A DNA stretch of 64,000 nt from an uncultured SAR86 cluster bacterium (GCA_902516285.1 CABXXT010000006.1:9780-73779); one strand, 5' to 3'; shown: positions 1 through 9,822, counted from the first letter of the stretch. Notes: generated from the letters alone by a model not told the origin. Program-made: numbers and translations.

Positions 1-1143
1 ATAAATAATAGAGATATACAACTTAAAGGAATAGGACAAACTCCTTTTTCAAGAAGAGGAGACGGAAAATCCTCTCTAGGACCAGTTTTGAGAGAATATG
101 TAATTAGTGAATTTATGCATACTTTAAATATTCCAACTACAAGAGCATTATTTGCTATTAAAACTAATGAGAACGTTATTCGAGAAACAAAACAACCTGG
201 AGGGGTATTAGTACGAGTAGCTAAAAGTCACATAAGAATTGGAACTTTTGAGTATGCTAGAGCTCAAAGCAATAAGGTACTTAAGTCTTTAGCTGATTAT
301 TCAATAAATAGGCACTTTCCAGAACTGAATAAAACTGAGAATAAATATTTAAGTTTCTTTGCAGCTGTTTGTGATAAGCAGGCATCTTTAATTTCAAAAT
401 GGATGAGTATTGGCTTTGTTCATGGTGTTATGAATACTGATAATATGACAATTTCGGGAGAAACAATTGATTACGGCCCTTGTGCTTTTATGGACGATTA
501 TGATCCAAAAACTGTTTTCAGTTCTATTGATCATCATGGAAGGTATGCATATAAAAATCAGCCCTCTATTATGGTATGGAATTTAACAAAATTTGCTGAA
601 TCTCTTATCCCTCTTATTCATGAAGAAACGGAAAAATCAGTGAAGCAGTTAACTGAGGTTTTACAGTTGGTAATGCCATCTTATAAAGAATATTTTTATA
701 AAGAATTCTCAAAAAAACTTGGTTTAAGTAAAATGGATAATAAAGAAATCAAAATAATTGAAGATTATTTAAAAATTCTGAAGTCTCATTCAATTGACTT
801 TACTAAATCGTTCAAAGATCTTTCAAAAATTTATCTTAATATTATAGATGTAAAAGAATCAGTTTTCTTAAATGCAAAAGATTTTACTAATTGGTACAAA
901 GAATGGAATCATAGATTAGATCCAAAAATCATAAAAAAAATTGATGGCATTAATCCATCTTATATTCCAAGAAATCATATTATTGAAAATGCATTGATGC
1001 ATTCAATAAATAATGATGATTCAAAAATAAGAGAGCTTATTAAAGTCATAAGTCAACCATTTGAAGAAGTTTCTGGGTGCGAAGATTTCGCATCTCCATC
1101 AAAGATTAATAGGGGCAGGTATGTAACTTATTGCGGAACCTAG
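1..1143 (+). CDS. selO: Protein adenylyltransferase SelO/YdiU family (5' partial; frame is open from base 1)
   Basis: Frame 1 from base 1 reads ...DIQLKGIGQTPFSRRGDGKSSLGPVLREY..., followed by HIRIGTFEY, GFVHGVMNTDN, ETIDYGPCAF, NPSYIPRNH and C-terminal TYCGT, all SelO motifs. Confidence 0.95.
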   Translation: MNNRDIQLKGIGQTPFSRRGDGKSSLGPVLREYVISEFMHTLNIPTTRALFAIKTNENVIRETKQPGGVLVRVAKSHIRIGTFEYARAQSNKVLKSLADYSINRHFPELNKTENKYLSFFAAVCDKQASLISKWMSIGFVHGVMNTDNMTISGETIDYGPCAFMDDYDPKTVFSSIDHHGRYAYKNQPSIMVWNLTKFAESLIPLIHEETEKSVKQLTEVLQLVMPSYKEYFYKEFSKKLGLSKMDNKEIKIIEDYLKILKSHSIDFTKSFKDLSKIYLNIIDVKESVFLNAKDFTNWYKEWNHRLDPKIIKKIDGINPSYIPRNHIIENALMHSINNDDSKIRELIKVISQPFEEVSGCEDFASPSKINRGRYVTYCGT

Positions 1144-1970
1144 AATACTCCCAATGTCACCCTTGGGTGATTTTGAAAATCTTTAAGTATGCTAATATCT
1201 GAAAAATTATTTTCTTCAAAAATTTTTCTAACTTCGATAGATTGATTAAATCCGTGTTCAACAACTAAGATGCCATTTTTTTTTAGAATATTAGTTGCTT
1301 GTCTTGTAATTTTTTTTATATCGCATAAGCCGCTATCAGAAGATATTAAAGCCTCTCTTGGTTCATGAATTAGATTTTTTAAATGTTTATCTTCTTCACA
1401 TATGTATGGAGGATTACTAACAATTATGTCAAAAAAATTTTCTCTAAAGCATGATAACCAGTCAGCATTAATCAAATAAAAATTGTCTGAATTTAGTTCT
1501 TCTCTATTAATATCTGCAACCTTCAAAGCATTTAATGAATAATCAGAGCCATAGACATTTAATTGAGGGTTACTTAGTGCAATAGATATACCAATACAGC
1601 CAGAACCTGTCCCAATATCCAGAATTCTTGCTTTGTCTATAAATTCATAGTTATTTATATAGTCAACTAATATCTCTGTCTCTGGTCTAGGAATCAAAAC
1701 TCTTTGGTCTACATAAAATTCATTTTCATAAAATTTGGTTGAATTTAATATGTAATCTAATGGAAAATCATTCTGCTTTTTATTAATAAAATCTAATATT
1801 AAATCCTCTTCACCTGGTGATAAGTTTCTTTCCTTATCATTTATGTAAACATCACTATCTTTTAGATATAGCTTCTCTTTTAGAAAGAAAGTAAATTCTT
1901 TTTTTATAAGAATATTCCCTATGAAGGACTCATCAATAAGATTTTTATAATAACGTAAATTTTTAGACAA
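1140..1970 (-). CDS. prmC: Release factor glutamine methyltransferase PrmC/HemK
   Basis: VLIPRPETE, LDIGTGSGCI and NPPY motifs; directly downstream of prfA; TTG start. Confidence 0.95.
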   Translation of the reverse strand: MSKNLRYYKNLIDESFIGNILIKKEFTFFLKEKLYLKDSDVYINDKERNLSPGEEDLILDFINKKQNDFPLDYILNSTKFYENEFYVDQRVLIPRPETEILVDYINNYEFIDKARILDIGTGSGCIGISIALSNPQLNVYGSDYSLNALKVADINREELNSDNFYLINADWLSCFRENFFDIIVSNPPYICEEDKHLKNLIHEPREALISSDSGLCDIKKITRQATNILKKNGILVVEHGFNQSIEVRKIFEENNFSDISILKDFQNHPRVTLGVF

Positions 1971-3056
1971 TTATTCAGATTCGAGTTGAGAAAGCATAGC
2001 TAACTGATTCTCAGCTAATAATGCATCACATATAATTTTTATATCACCATCCATGATTTGTTCCAGATTATGTTGAGTGAGCTTTATTCTATGATCAGTC
2101 ATTCTACCTTGAGGAAAGTTATAAGTTCTTATTTTTTCACTTCTATCACCCGTTCCTACTAAAATTTTTCTCTCGCTGGCAATATTTTCTTGTTGGGTAT
2201 CTATCTCTTGTTGTTTTAATTTTGCTACTAATAAAGATAAAGCCTTTTCTTTATTTTTATGTTGAGATCTTCCATCTTGGCACTCAACAACAATTCCTGA
2301 TGGTATATGTGTTAAACGCACTGCGGAGTCAGTTTTATTAACATGTTGTCCTCCAGCACCGGATGCTCTAAAAGTATCAACTCTTAGATCATTCTTATCG
2401 ATATTAATATCTTGAACTTCCTCAATTTCAGGTAAAACTGCAACAGTACAAGTTGAGGTATGAACCCTACCTTGAGATTCTGTTTCTGGCACTCTTTGTA
2501 CCCTATGGACACCTGACTCAAATTTTAAGACCTTAAATACACTTTTACCTACAAGTTTTGCTACAACCTCTTTAAGACCACCTTGTTCTGATGGCTTAAT
2601 ATCAATTACTTCAAGATTCCAATTTTCCCTTTCTGAAAGACGTGTATACATTCTAAACAAATCTCCAGCAAAGATGCTTGCCTCATCACCACCTGCACCT
2701 GCTCTTATTTCAAGATATGCAGACCCATCGTCAGCAGAATCTTTTGGTAATAGCATGAGTTTTAATTCTTGTTCTAATTGAAAAGGTTTGTCCAAAGCTT
2801 CTTTTAATTCATCCTCTGCTAAAGTTTTAAGGTCAGCATCTCCAGATTCGATGATTTCATTTGCATCTTCAATACGCTTGATAGTTTTATTATATTCACC
2901 AAACTTTTCTACAATTGGCTTAAGGTCTGAAAATTCTTTATTCAGCAGGGTATAATTTTCTATGTCTTTTAATGTTTCAGAATCAAGAAGTAAATTTTCT
3001 ATCTCTTTTACTCTAATTTGAAGTTGATCAAGCTTCTTCATCATTGAGTCATGCAT
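1971..3056 (-). CDS. prfA: Peptide chain release factor 1
   Basis: HRVQRVPET (PxT) and GAGGQHVN motifs; hemA-prfA-prmC order; start placed at ATG 3056. Confidence 0.97.
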   Translation of the reverse strand: MHDSMMKKLDQLQIRVKEIENLLLDSETLKDIENYTLLNKEFSDLKPIVEKFGEYNKTIKRIEDANEIIESGDADLKTLAEDELKEALDKPFQLEQELKLMLLPKDSADDGSAYLEIRAGAGGDEASIFAGDLFRMYTRLSERENWNLEVIDIKPSEQGGLKEVVAKLVGKSVFKVLKFESGVHRVQRVPETESQGRVHTSTCTVAVLPEIEEVQDINIDKNDLRVDTFRASGAGGQHVNKTDSAVRLTHIPSGIVVECQDGRSQHKNKEKALSLLVAKLKQQEIDTQQENIASERKILVGTGDRSEKIRTYNFPQGRMTDHRIKLTQHNLEQIMDGDIKIICDALLAENQLAMLSQLESE

Positions 3057-4281
3057 TATCAAAATACCTTTTGATCATAGATTCTATTACATGTTCTTCA
3101 ATACTTTTTAGGTCTTCAAAATTATTAAAGTTAGAATCTTTAATATTCATTGTTTTTATACTTTTTACTAATTCTAAAAAATTATTACTTTGTTTAAATT
3201 GTGCAATCTCTTCTTTAGATAAATTTCTTAAGAACTCGGTAAGTTGTTCATTTAGATTATCTTTTATTGTTTTATTATTTATTGATTCAAGTGCTGTTTT
3301 TGCATCTAAAACAATTATTTTCATTGCTTTATCAGCTTCAATTGATCTTTGGCCAAAATTTTCTTGAGTGATTTTTTCAATATCATCAATAGAATATAAA
3401 TAAACCTGTTCTATTTCTCTTATTTCATCTTCAATATTTCTAGGTACCCCGAGATCAATAATTAATATGGGTTTATTTGATCTTTTCTTTAATGCATTTT
3501 CTATTGCGCCTTTGCCTACTAAGGGAAGTTCTGTTATGCAAGATGCTATTAGAATATCAGAATATTCAAGTTCATCATAAAGAGTATCTAATGTTGATGA
3601 AAAGATTTCGTAGTCGTTTGAGATTTGTATTTTTTTAATTGATCTATTTACCGATTTTATATTTGTAATACCCTGTTTATATAGGTTCTGCATTAAATTA
3701 ATGCCCATATAACCCGCACCTAATACTAGTACATTTTGTTGATTTGGGTGTTCAAAAATATTACTTAATAATTTAAGAGCAAGACCGTTTATAGATAGAG
3801 AGTTTAATCCTATATCAGTCTCAGTTCTGGCTTTTTTGGAAATTTCAATAACTTTATTGGAGATTTGTAGAAGTTTGCCTTTTAAAATTTTAATATTTTT
3901 TGCATTCTTTAAAGATTGTTTAAATTGGCCAAAAATTTCTTGCTCACCTAATACTTGCGAGTCTATTCCAGATGCAACTTTACACATATGGACAAGGGCA
4001 TCATGATTATCAAGAAAGTAAAATTTATCCCTCGGAATCTCCCTTATACCAAGAACTTTAAAAACTTCTTTAAAAACTTTATTTAATATTCCAGATGCAC
4101 CATAAATGTATACTTCAGTCCTATTACAGGTTGATAGGCAAAAAAATGATTTTAATTTGTTACCAAAAATTAATTTAAAATGATTATCTAATAAAATTTG
4201 GTCAGACTCATTTATAATAAAACTTTCTCGTTCAGAAACACTAGAAGTTTTATGATTTATGCCAAATAACTGCAGTTCCAT
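3049..4281 (-). CDS. hemA: Glutamyl-tRNA reductase
   Basis: GINHKT, STCNRTE (catalytic Cys), SGIDSQVLGEQEIFGQ, IDLGVPRNIE. Confidence 0.95.
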   Translation of the reverse strand: MELQLFGINHKTSSVSERESFIINESDQILLDNHFKLIFGNKLKSFFCLSTCNRTEVYIYGASGILNKVFKEVFKVLGIREIPRDKFYFLDNHDALVHMCKVASGIDSQVLGEQEIFGQFKQSLKNAKNIKILKGKLLQISNKVIEISKKARTETDIGLNSLSINGLALKLLSNIFEHPNQQNVLVLGAGYMGINLMQNLYKQGITNIKSVNRSIKKIQISNDYEIFSSTLDTLYDELEYSDILIASCITELPLVGKGAIENALKKRSNKPILIIDLGVPRNIEDEIREIEQVYLYSIDDIEKITQENFGQRSIEADKAMKIIVLDAKTALESINNKTIKDNLNEQLTEFLRNLSKEEIAQFKQSNNFLELVKSIKTMNIKDSNFNNFEDLKSIEEHVIESMIKRYFDNA

Positions 4282-4774
4282 TTTTAAATTAATTTTATGT
4301 GTTTATTTAATATTTTCATTTTCTTCATGTGCAAATATTAACCAAATTGAATCTCAAACAGAGATTTATAATGCAAAAGTTAAAATTTTTAACGATTCCA
4401 ATATATATAAGTCCAACATTATAGTTTTTAAAGATAATATCATTATACAGTTTAATGAGTTTTTTTTAGGCAATGTCTCAAAACTAGAGCTTTCTTCAAA
4501 TGGAAGTATTAAATCAAATATATTATTGAACAATGAAAGGGATAAATATCTAGATGAGTTATCTGAGAATTTTTCACCAGAATATTTTGTTTTGTTTTAT
4601 AGATGTCTTATGCTCAATGATATTAACTATGAAGATAAAATTGTGAAAATTATATGCGATAAATATGGTCGTATTCTTTTTAGACTAATTGAGTATCAAC
4701 AAGATATTAATATCAAGTTATTGGTATCAAGAAAAATAGAAAGAGCCAAAAAAACTCCAACCGAAATCAAATAA
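4259..4774 (+). CDS. Putative lipoprotein, probably a divergent LolB
   Basis: Hydrophobic signal plus lipobox-like FSSC (Cys24); lies in the hemA<>lolB-ispE position; stop overlaps ispE start (TAATG); I cannot see direct sequence similarity to LolB. Confidence 0.55.
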   Translation: MPNNCSSIFKLILCVYLIFSFSSCANINQIESQTEIYNAKVKIFNDSNIYKSNIIVFKDNIIIQFNEFFLGNVSKLELSSNGSIKSNILLNNERDKYLDELSENFSPEYFVLFYRCLMLNDINYEDKIVKIICDKYGRILFRLIEYQQDINIKLLVSRKIERAKKTPTEIK

Positions 4775-5583
4775 TGTCGAATCTTCATACAAAATCTCCA
4801 GCTAAAGTAAATTTGCATTTAAAGATTCTTAAAAAACTTCATGATGGTTATCATGAATTAGATACTTCATTTCAATTAATAGATTTGTACGATGAAATCA
4901 GTTTTAAAAAAATAAATAAAGGAATTTCAGTGAATTGCAATATTAAAAATATCAATCAAAGTAAAAATATTGTCTATAACATTGCTTCTGATCTTCAAAA
5001 AGGTGGAAATAGCCCTGGAATAGAGATAAAAATAAAGAAAAATATTCCTATTGGCTCAGGCTTGGGTGGGGGAAGTTCAAATGCAGCATCAACAATTATT
5101 GCATTGAATAATATTTGGAATTTAAATCTCAATAAAATTGACATCTTTGAGTATGGTAAAAGTATTGGTGCTGATATTCCATTCTTTTTATATGGTAAAA
5201 ATGCATATGGTTATGGAATTGGAGATAAATTAAAATATAAAAGATCAATAACTAAAAAATTATTACTTATCGATCCTAAAATTCATAATTCCTCAAAAAA
5301 AATGTTTGATATTTATGATAAAAAGAAAATCAAAGAAGAAATAAAATCAAACTCTTTTCAAAACTCATTTTGGGAAATATATCTTAGTAATGAAAAGATT
5401 GTAAAAGATTTTTATGACGAGAATATCAACGATTTTGAAATAAGTCTTTCAGGAAGTGGATCTTGTATGTATGTGACATATAACGAAAGGAAAGAAATAG
5501 ATAAATTAGTTAAAAAAATTCCAAGTAATTGGAGATTCTTTTTCTGTAAACCATTACAATATTCGCCGATACGTCTCTTATAA
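4774..5583 (+). CDS. ispE: 4-diphosphocytidyl-2C-methyl-D-erythritol kinase
   Basis: SPAKVNLHL, GYHEL, KNIPIGSGLGGGSSNAA, GADIPFF, LSGSGS. Confidence 0.95.
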   Translation: MSNLHTKSPAKVNLHLKILKKLHDGYHELDTSFQLIDLYDEISFKKINKGISVNCNIKNINQSKNIVYNIASDLQKGGNSPGIEIKIKKNIPIGSGLGGGSSNAASTIIALNNIWNLNLNKIDIFEYGKSIGADIPFFLYGKNAYGYGIGDKLKYKRSITKKLLLIDPKIHNSSKKMFDIYDKKKIKEEIKSNSFQNSFWEIYLSNEKIVKDFYDENINDFEISLSGSGSCMYVTYNERKEIDKLVKKIPSNWRFFFCKPLQYSPIRLL

Positions 5584-5589
5584 ATGCTT

Positions 5590-5664
5590 TGGGGTGTAGC
5601 CAAGCGGTAAGGCAACGGGTTTTGATCCCGTCATGCGTAGGTTCGAATCCTACCACCCCAGCCA
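5590..5664 (+). tRNA. tRNA-Gln (anticodon TTG)
   Basis: Acceptor TGGGGTG/CACCCCA, anticodon arm ACGGG-TTTTGAT-CCCGT, GTTCGAATC T-loop, encoded CCA; usual ispE-tRNAGln-prs position. Confidence 0.97.
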
Positions 5665-5691
5665 TCTTTTATGATGTATCATGGTGCAATA

Positions 5692-6645
5692 ATGAATAAA
5701 CAAAATTTAGATATTTTTACTGGTACTGCTAACCCAGATTTTGCAAAAGAAGTTTCAGATCTTCTTGGAATTAAAATTTCATCCGCTGATGTTGGATATT
5801 TTTCTGATGGTGAGTTAAGAGTTGAAATTGAAGAGAACGTAAGAGGACATGATACATTCATTATTCAATCAACCTGTTCTCCAACAAATAAGAATGTAAT
5901 GGAAATTATGCTAATTGCTGATGCACTTAAAAGATCCTCAGCATCAAAAATTACAGCTGTTGTGCCATATTATGGTTATGCTAGACAAGACAGAAGAGTA
6001 AGATCAGCCAGGGTTCCAATAAGTGCTAAAGTTGTCGCAGATATGTTTAGGTCTGTTGGAATTGATAGAGTTTTAACGATTGATCTTCATTCAGAAACTA
6101 TTCAAGGCTTTTTTGATATGCCAGCAGATAATGTTTATGCAACAAAATTAATGGTTGATGATATTAAGTCAAATAATGAAAGAATTGAAATTGTTGTTGT
6201 GTCACCTGATGTTGGAGGAGTTGTAAGATCACGTGCATTAGCAAAGCTTTTAGATCAAACTGATTTAGCAATTATTGATAAAAGAAGAGCTGCTGCAAAT
6301 CAATCTGAAGTAATGAATATTATTGGAGAAGTTGAGGGGAAGGTATGTATTGTTCCTGATGATATTATTGATACAGCTGGAACGCTGTGCAATGCTGCAA
6401 ATGCCCTCAAAGAAAAAGGTGCAAAAGCTGTTAAAGCATACATTACACATCCAGTTTTATCAGGACCAGCTATCGAAAGGTTAGAAAAATCTGAAATTGA
6501 TGAACTTGTTGTAACAAATTCTATTCCGCTATCCCCAGATGCTAAAAAATGCAGTAAAATACGCGTCATTTCATTAGGTTCAACAATTGCTGAATGTATA
6601 AAAAGACTTAGTAATGAAGAATCTTTAAGTGAAATGTTTTTATAG
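5692..6645 (+). CDS. prs: Ribose-phosphate pyrophosphokinase
   Basis: [33 protein letters not shown]; start may instead be 5671. Confidence 0.97.
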   Translation: MNKQNLDIFTGTANPDFAKEVSDLLGIKISSADVGYFSDGELRVEIEENVRGHDTFIIQSTCSPTNKNVMEIMLIADALKRSSASKITAVVPYYGYARQDRRVRSARVPISAKVVADMFRSVGIDRVLTIDLHSETIQGFFDMPADNVYATKLMVDDIKSNNERIEIVVVSPDVGGVVRSRALAKLLDQTDLAIIDKRRAAANQSEVMNIIGEVEGKVCIVPDDIIDTAGTLCNAANALKEKGAKAVKAYITHPVLSGPAIERLEKSEIDELVVTNSIPLSPDAKKCSKIRVISLGSTIAECIKRLSNEESLSEMFL

Positions 6646-6653
6646 AGGAAATT

Positions 6654-7370
6654 ATGTCAGATCAAATTATACTAAATGCAGATATAAGAGAAAGAACAGG
6701 ATCTAATAAAGCAAGAGTGATACGCAAAATTGACGGAATGGTTCCTGCAATTGTTTATGGTGATGAAAAAGAAACATTAAATATCAAATTAAAATTAAAT
6801 GAACTGACTAAAGCTTCAGAAAATGAGCTTTTTTATACACAAGTTCTTCTAATTAAAACAGGTGAAGATGAAGAAAAAGTTGTTTTGAAAGAGCTCCAAA
6901 AAGATCCAGCAAAAGGCAAGTTTTTACATGCTGACTTTCAAAGGGTATCAAGAAAAACAAAATTGAAAGTTGTTATACCTGTTAACTTTCTTAATGAAGA
7001 GGAATGTGTTGGCATTAGAGAAGATGGTGGAGTTGTTGCAAAAGCTATAAGAGAAACAGAGATTATGTGTTTAGCTGGAAACATTCCTGAAGCAATTGAA
7101 GTTGACATAGAAAATCTTCATCTTGGTGAATCAATAAGGCTTACAGAAATTTCACTTCCAGAGGGATCTGAAGTCCCTGGCTTAACTGAAGAAACTGATC
7201 AAATGGTTGTTTCAGTAAATGCACCTAAGGCTGTAGAAGAAGATCCTATTATTGAAGAAGATACTGAAGATGGCGAAGCTGCAGAACAAGATGATTCATC
7301 TTCAGATGGGGAAGATTCTAGTTCTGAAAAGTCTGAAGAAACCAAAGAAGATAACTCTGAAGAGAGTTAA
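6654..7370 (+). CDS. rplY: 50S ribosomal protein bL25 (Ctc type) with acidic C-terminal tail
   Basis: VPAIVYG and HADFQR motifs; prs-rplY-pth order; SD GAGGA. Confidence 0.95.
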   Translation: MSDQIILNADIRERTGSNKARVIRKIDGMVPAIVYGDEKETLNIKLKLNELTKASENELFYTQVLLIKTGEDEEKVVLKELQKDPAKGKFLHADFQRVSRKTKLKVVIPVNFLNEEECVGIREDGGVVAKAIRETEIMCLAGNIPEAIEVDIENLHLGESIRLTEISLPEGSEVPGLTEETDQMVVSVNAPKAVEEDPIIEEDTEDGEAAEQDDSSSDGEDSSSEKSEETKEDNSEES

Positions 7371-7372
7371 AA

Positions 7373-7939
7373 ATGTACAGGCTTTGTATCATTGGACTAG
7401 GTAATCCTGATGCAAAATATCAAGGAACTCGCCATAATATTGGCAAAGATTGGTTAATTAAAAAATCTAGTCAATTCTTTAAGGAATTTACTTCTAAAAA
7501 AAAATTAAAATCTGAAATTGGTAAATCTCATTCAGATGAAATTTTATGGTCAATACCTAAAAATTTTATGAATGAATCTGGAGAAACAGTTCTAGCAATT
7601 TTAAAGTCAACAAATATTTCTACAGATATGCTTATAGTAATTCATGATGATTTAGATTTAAATTTAGGTGATATTCGAATCAAAAAAGGTGGCGGACACG
7701 GTGGACACAATGGTCTTAGGGATATTATAAATAAAATTGGTAAGGATAACTTTATCAGGATAAGGATTGGAATTGGGCATCCTGGAAACAAAGAAGATGT
7801 AACTAATTGGGTTTTAAACAAATTTTCACCTGACGAAAAAATTACTCTTGATAGAGTATATTTACAATTTGCTGAAATATTTGAATTAATATGTAATGAT
7901 CAAATAGACAAAGCTCAAAAAATTCTTCATACAAATTAA
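7373..7939 (+). CDS. pth: Peptidyl-tRNA hydrolase
   Basis: GLGNP, TRHNIG, FMNESG, HDDLD, GGHNGL. Confidence 0.97.
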   Translation: MYRLCIIGLGNPDAKYQGTRHNIGKDWLIKKSSQFFKEFTSKKKLKSEIGKSHSDEILWSIPKNFMNESGETVLAILKSTNISTDMLIVIHDDLDLNLGDIRIKKGGGHGGHNGLRDIINKIGKDNFIRIRIGIGHPGNKEDVTNWVLNKFSPDEKITLDRVYLQFAEIFELICNDQIDKAQKILHTN

Positions 7940-7943
7940 TATA

Positions 7944-9032
7944 ATGGGTTTTAAGTGTGGAATTATTGGACTTCCAAATGTTGGGAAATCAACTTTATTT
8001 AATGCCCTAACAAAATCTAAAATTCCTGCTGAAAACTTTCCTTTCTGTACTATTGATCCAAATGTTGGGAAAGTTTTACTCCCTGACAATAGACTTAATC
8101 AAATTAATAAAATTGTTAATACTGAAAAAATTATCCCAGCTGTTCTAGACTTAGTAGATATTGCTGGTCTCGTTAAAGGGGCGTCAGATGGTGAGGGCTT
8201 GGGCAATTCATTTTTATCTAATATAAGAGAAATGACAGCATTAGCTCATGTTGTTAGATGCTTTGAAGATAACAATATTTCACATGTAAATGGTTCTGTG
8301 GATCCTAAAAGAGATGTTGAAATAATCAATTTAGAGTTAATACTTGCTGATTTAGAATCGGTAAGTAAAAGAATATTGAGAGCTGAAAAATTACTAAAAA
8401 CTAATGATAAAGAAAATAAAATTCGCTATGAGCTGTTACATTCTATAAAAAATGAACTTGAGCTTGGAAAGCTAATAAATCTTGAGGATTATGAGCTTTC
8501 TAATCAAAAAATTATAAAGGAATTTCAATTACTAACATCAAAACCAACTTTTTTTGTTGCCAATGTTGATGAATCAGAAGATTCAAAACTTCATCTTGAA
8601 AGGCTCAAAAAAATTGCAGCGAATATAGGAGCGTCCGTTATACCGGCATCAATAAAAATTGAGCAAGAAATATCATTGCTTAGAGATGAAGAAAAATCAG
8701 AGTATTTAGAGCTTCTTGGAATGAGTGAACCAGTGCTAAACAAAATTATTTTTGAAGGATACAGAATTCTTGGTTTAAAAACTTTCTTTACAGCAGGTCC
8801 AAAAGAAATAAGAGCATGGACGATTAAAAATGGATATTCTGCACCAAATGCTGCGGGAGTTATTCATACTGATTTTGAAAAAGGTTTTATAAAAGCTGAG
8901 GTTATAGATTTTAAAGATTTTATAGAATGTAATGGTGAGCTAAAAGCTAAAGAAAAAGGAAAACTCAGACTAGAGGGTAAAGATTATATAGTTAAAGATG
9001 GAGATATCATTCATTTTAAATTTAATGTGTGA
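7944..9032 (+). CDS. ychF: Ribosome-binding ATPase YchF
   Basis: [31 protein letters not shown]-terminal TGS domain ending FKFNV. Confidence 0.97.
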   Translation: MGFKCGIIGLPNVGKSTLFNALTKSKIPAENFPFCTIDPNVGKVLLPDNRLNQINKIVNTEKIIPAVLDLVDIAGLVKGASDGEGLGNSFLSNIREMTALAHVVRCFEDNNISHVNGSVDPKRDVEIINLELILADLESVSKRILRAEKLLKTNDKENKIRYELLHSIKNELELGKLINLEDYELSNQKIIKEFQLLTSKPTFFVANVDESEDSKLHLERLKKIAANIGASVIPASIKIEQEISLLRDEEKSEYLELLGMSEPVLNKIIFEGYRILGLKTFFTAGPKEIRAWTIKNGYSAPNAAGVIHTDFEKGFIKAEVIDFKDFIECNGELKAKEKGKLRLEGKDYIVKDGDIIHFKFNV

Positions 9033-9039
9033 AAATTAA

Positions 9040-9067
9040 TTGACTCTTAATATTTTGATATTATCAT
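9040..9067 (+). promoter_or_regulatory. Sigma70-type promoter for tRNA-Met
   Basis: TTGACT (9040-9045), 16 nt spacer, TATCAT (9062-9067), 9 nt before the tRNA. Confidence 0.65.
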
Positions 9068-9076
9068 TCAACGATT

Positions 9077-9153
9077 GGCTATGTAGCTCAGATGGTTAGA
9101 GCACAGCACTCATAACGCTGGGGTCGGTGGTTCAATTCCACCCATAGCCACCA
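9077..9153 (+). tRNA. tRNA-Met (elongator, anticodon CAT)
   Basis: GGCTATG/CATAGCC acceptor, CTCATAA loop, CCA end; resembles E. coli metT and lacks the initiator GGG/CCC anticodon stem. Confidence 0.93.
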
Positions 9154-9159
9154 TTTTTT

Positions 9160-9396
9160 CTATTTTTTATTAATTAAGAAAATAATTATTAAAGAAACCA
9201 GTGCAACAATGCCATTATCTCCAATGGCATCTAAGATTGTAATTAAATTTGAATAGACAATACCAACAAATGGAGCATCAACTCCAAATATTATTCCAAG
9301 TAATAAAGCAACAGCAATAACTGATAAAAGAACGTCTGTAGCTTGCTTTAAATAACTTTTTATTTTATTTAATGAATAAAAAAAATCTATTTTCAT
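9160..9396 (-). CDS. Small hypothetical membrane protein (78 aa), paralog of the upstream gene
   Basis: Two hydrophobic segments; aligns by eye with 9450-9668 (GIIFG/GIVFG, F.G.V..NL, IGDNGIVAL/LGDAGLVGL). Confidence 0.8.
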   Translation of the reverse strand: MKIDFFYSLNKIKSYLKQATDVLLSVIAVALLLGIIFGVDAPFVGIVYSNLITILDAIGDNGIVALVSLIIIFLINKK

Positions 9397-9410
9397 GAGA
9401 ATATTTTAAA

Positions 9411-9438
9411 TCAAAGGGAGATAAATATCTCCCTTTGA
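9411..9438 (-). terminator. Intrinsic terminator-like hairpin between the two small paralogs
   Basis: Perfect 12-bp stem TCAAAGGGAGAT/ATCTCCCTTTGA with a 4-nt loop, 11 nt after the stop of the 72-aa gene; only a short U tract follows on the minus strand. Confidence 0.75.
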
Positions 9439-9449
9439 AAAGTAAATGA

Positions 9450-9668
9450 TTACTTAAGTAACCCTATTAAGATTGCAGCTACTAGCAAACCAACAAGACC
9501 CGCATCACCAAGTGAAGAAACTACACCAAGTAGATTTGTGAGTACATCGCCGAAGAACCAAGTATCGCCAAAAACGATACCAGCTACAACACCTAATCCG
9601 ATAACAGCAACAAGGATCTTTGTAAGACTTGATACTATATCGCCAATCATTTTCATTGCATTATCCAT
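9450..9668 (-). CDS. Small hypothetical membrane protein (72 aa), probably highly expressed
   Basis: Strong SD (AGGGGGGAG) before ATG; 4 of 7 Ile codons are ATC and 2 of 3 Phe codons are TTC despite the AT-rich background; Gly-rich hydrophobic helices. Confidence 0.88.
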   Translation of the reverse strand: MDNAMKMIGDIVSSLTKILVAVIGLGVVAGIVFGDTWFFGDVLTNLLGVVSSLGDAGLVGLLVAAILIGLLK

Positions 9669-9822
9669 AATAACTCCCCCCTATTAAGGTTTATTTATGT
9701 TTTGCACTTTCAATCAGAACACAAAATATGGAGGGAATCAAATTCTGTTAACAAATTTAAGACACAATATTTGACTTTTTGAATTTTATCTAATAAAAGA
9801 TAAATATGTGTATTATTTATAC

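Noticed and set aside
1120-1143. Selenocysteine at the SelO C-terminus
   Set aside because: The gene ends TGC GGA ACC TAG; no in-frame TGA and no room for a SECIS element
9104-9120. A-C mismatch at the base of the tRNA-Met anticodon stem suggesting a pseudogene
   Set aside because: All other arms, the CCA end and a promoter are intact; a single weak 31-39 pair is tolerated
9077-9822. Genomic island or prophage integrated at tRNA-Met after ychF
   Set aside because: No integrase and no repeat of the tRNA 3' end seen; the insert is only two small genes and core genes resume at once
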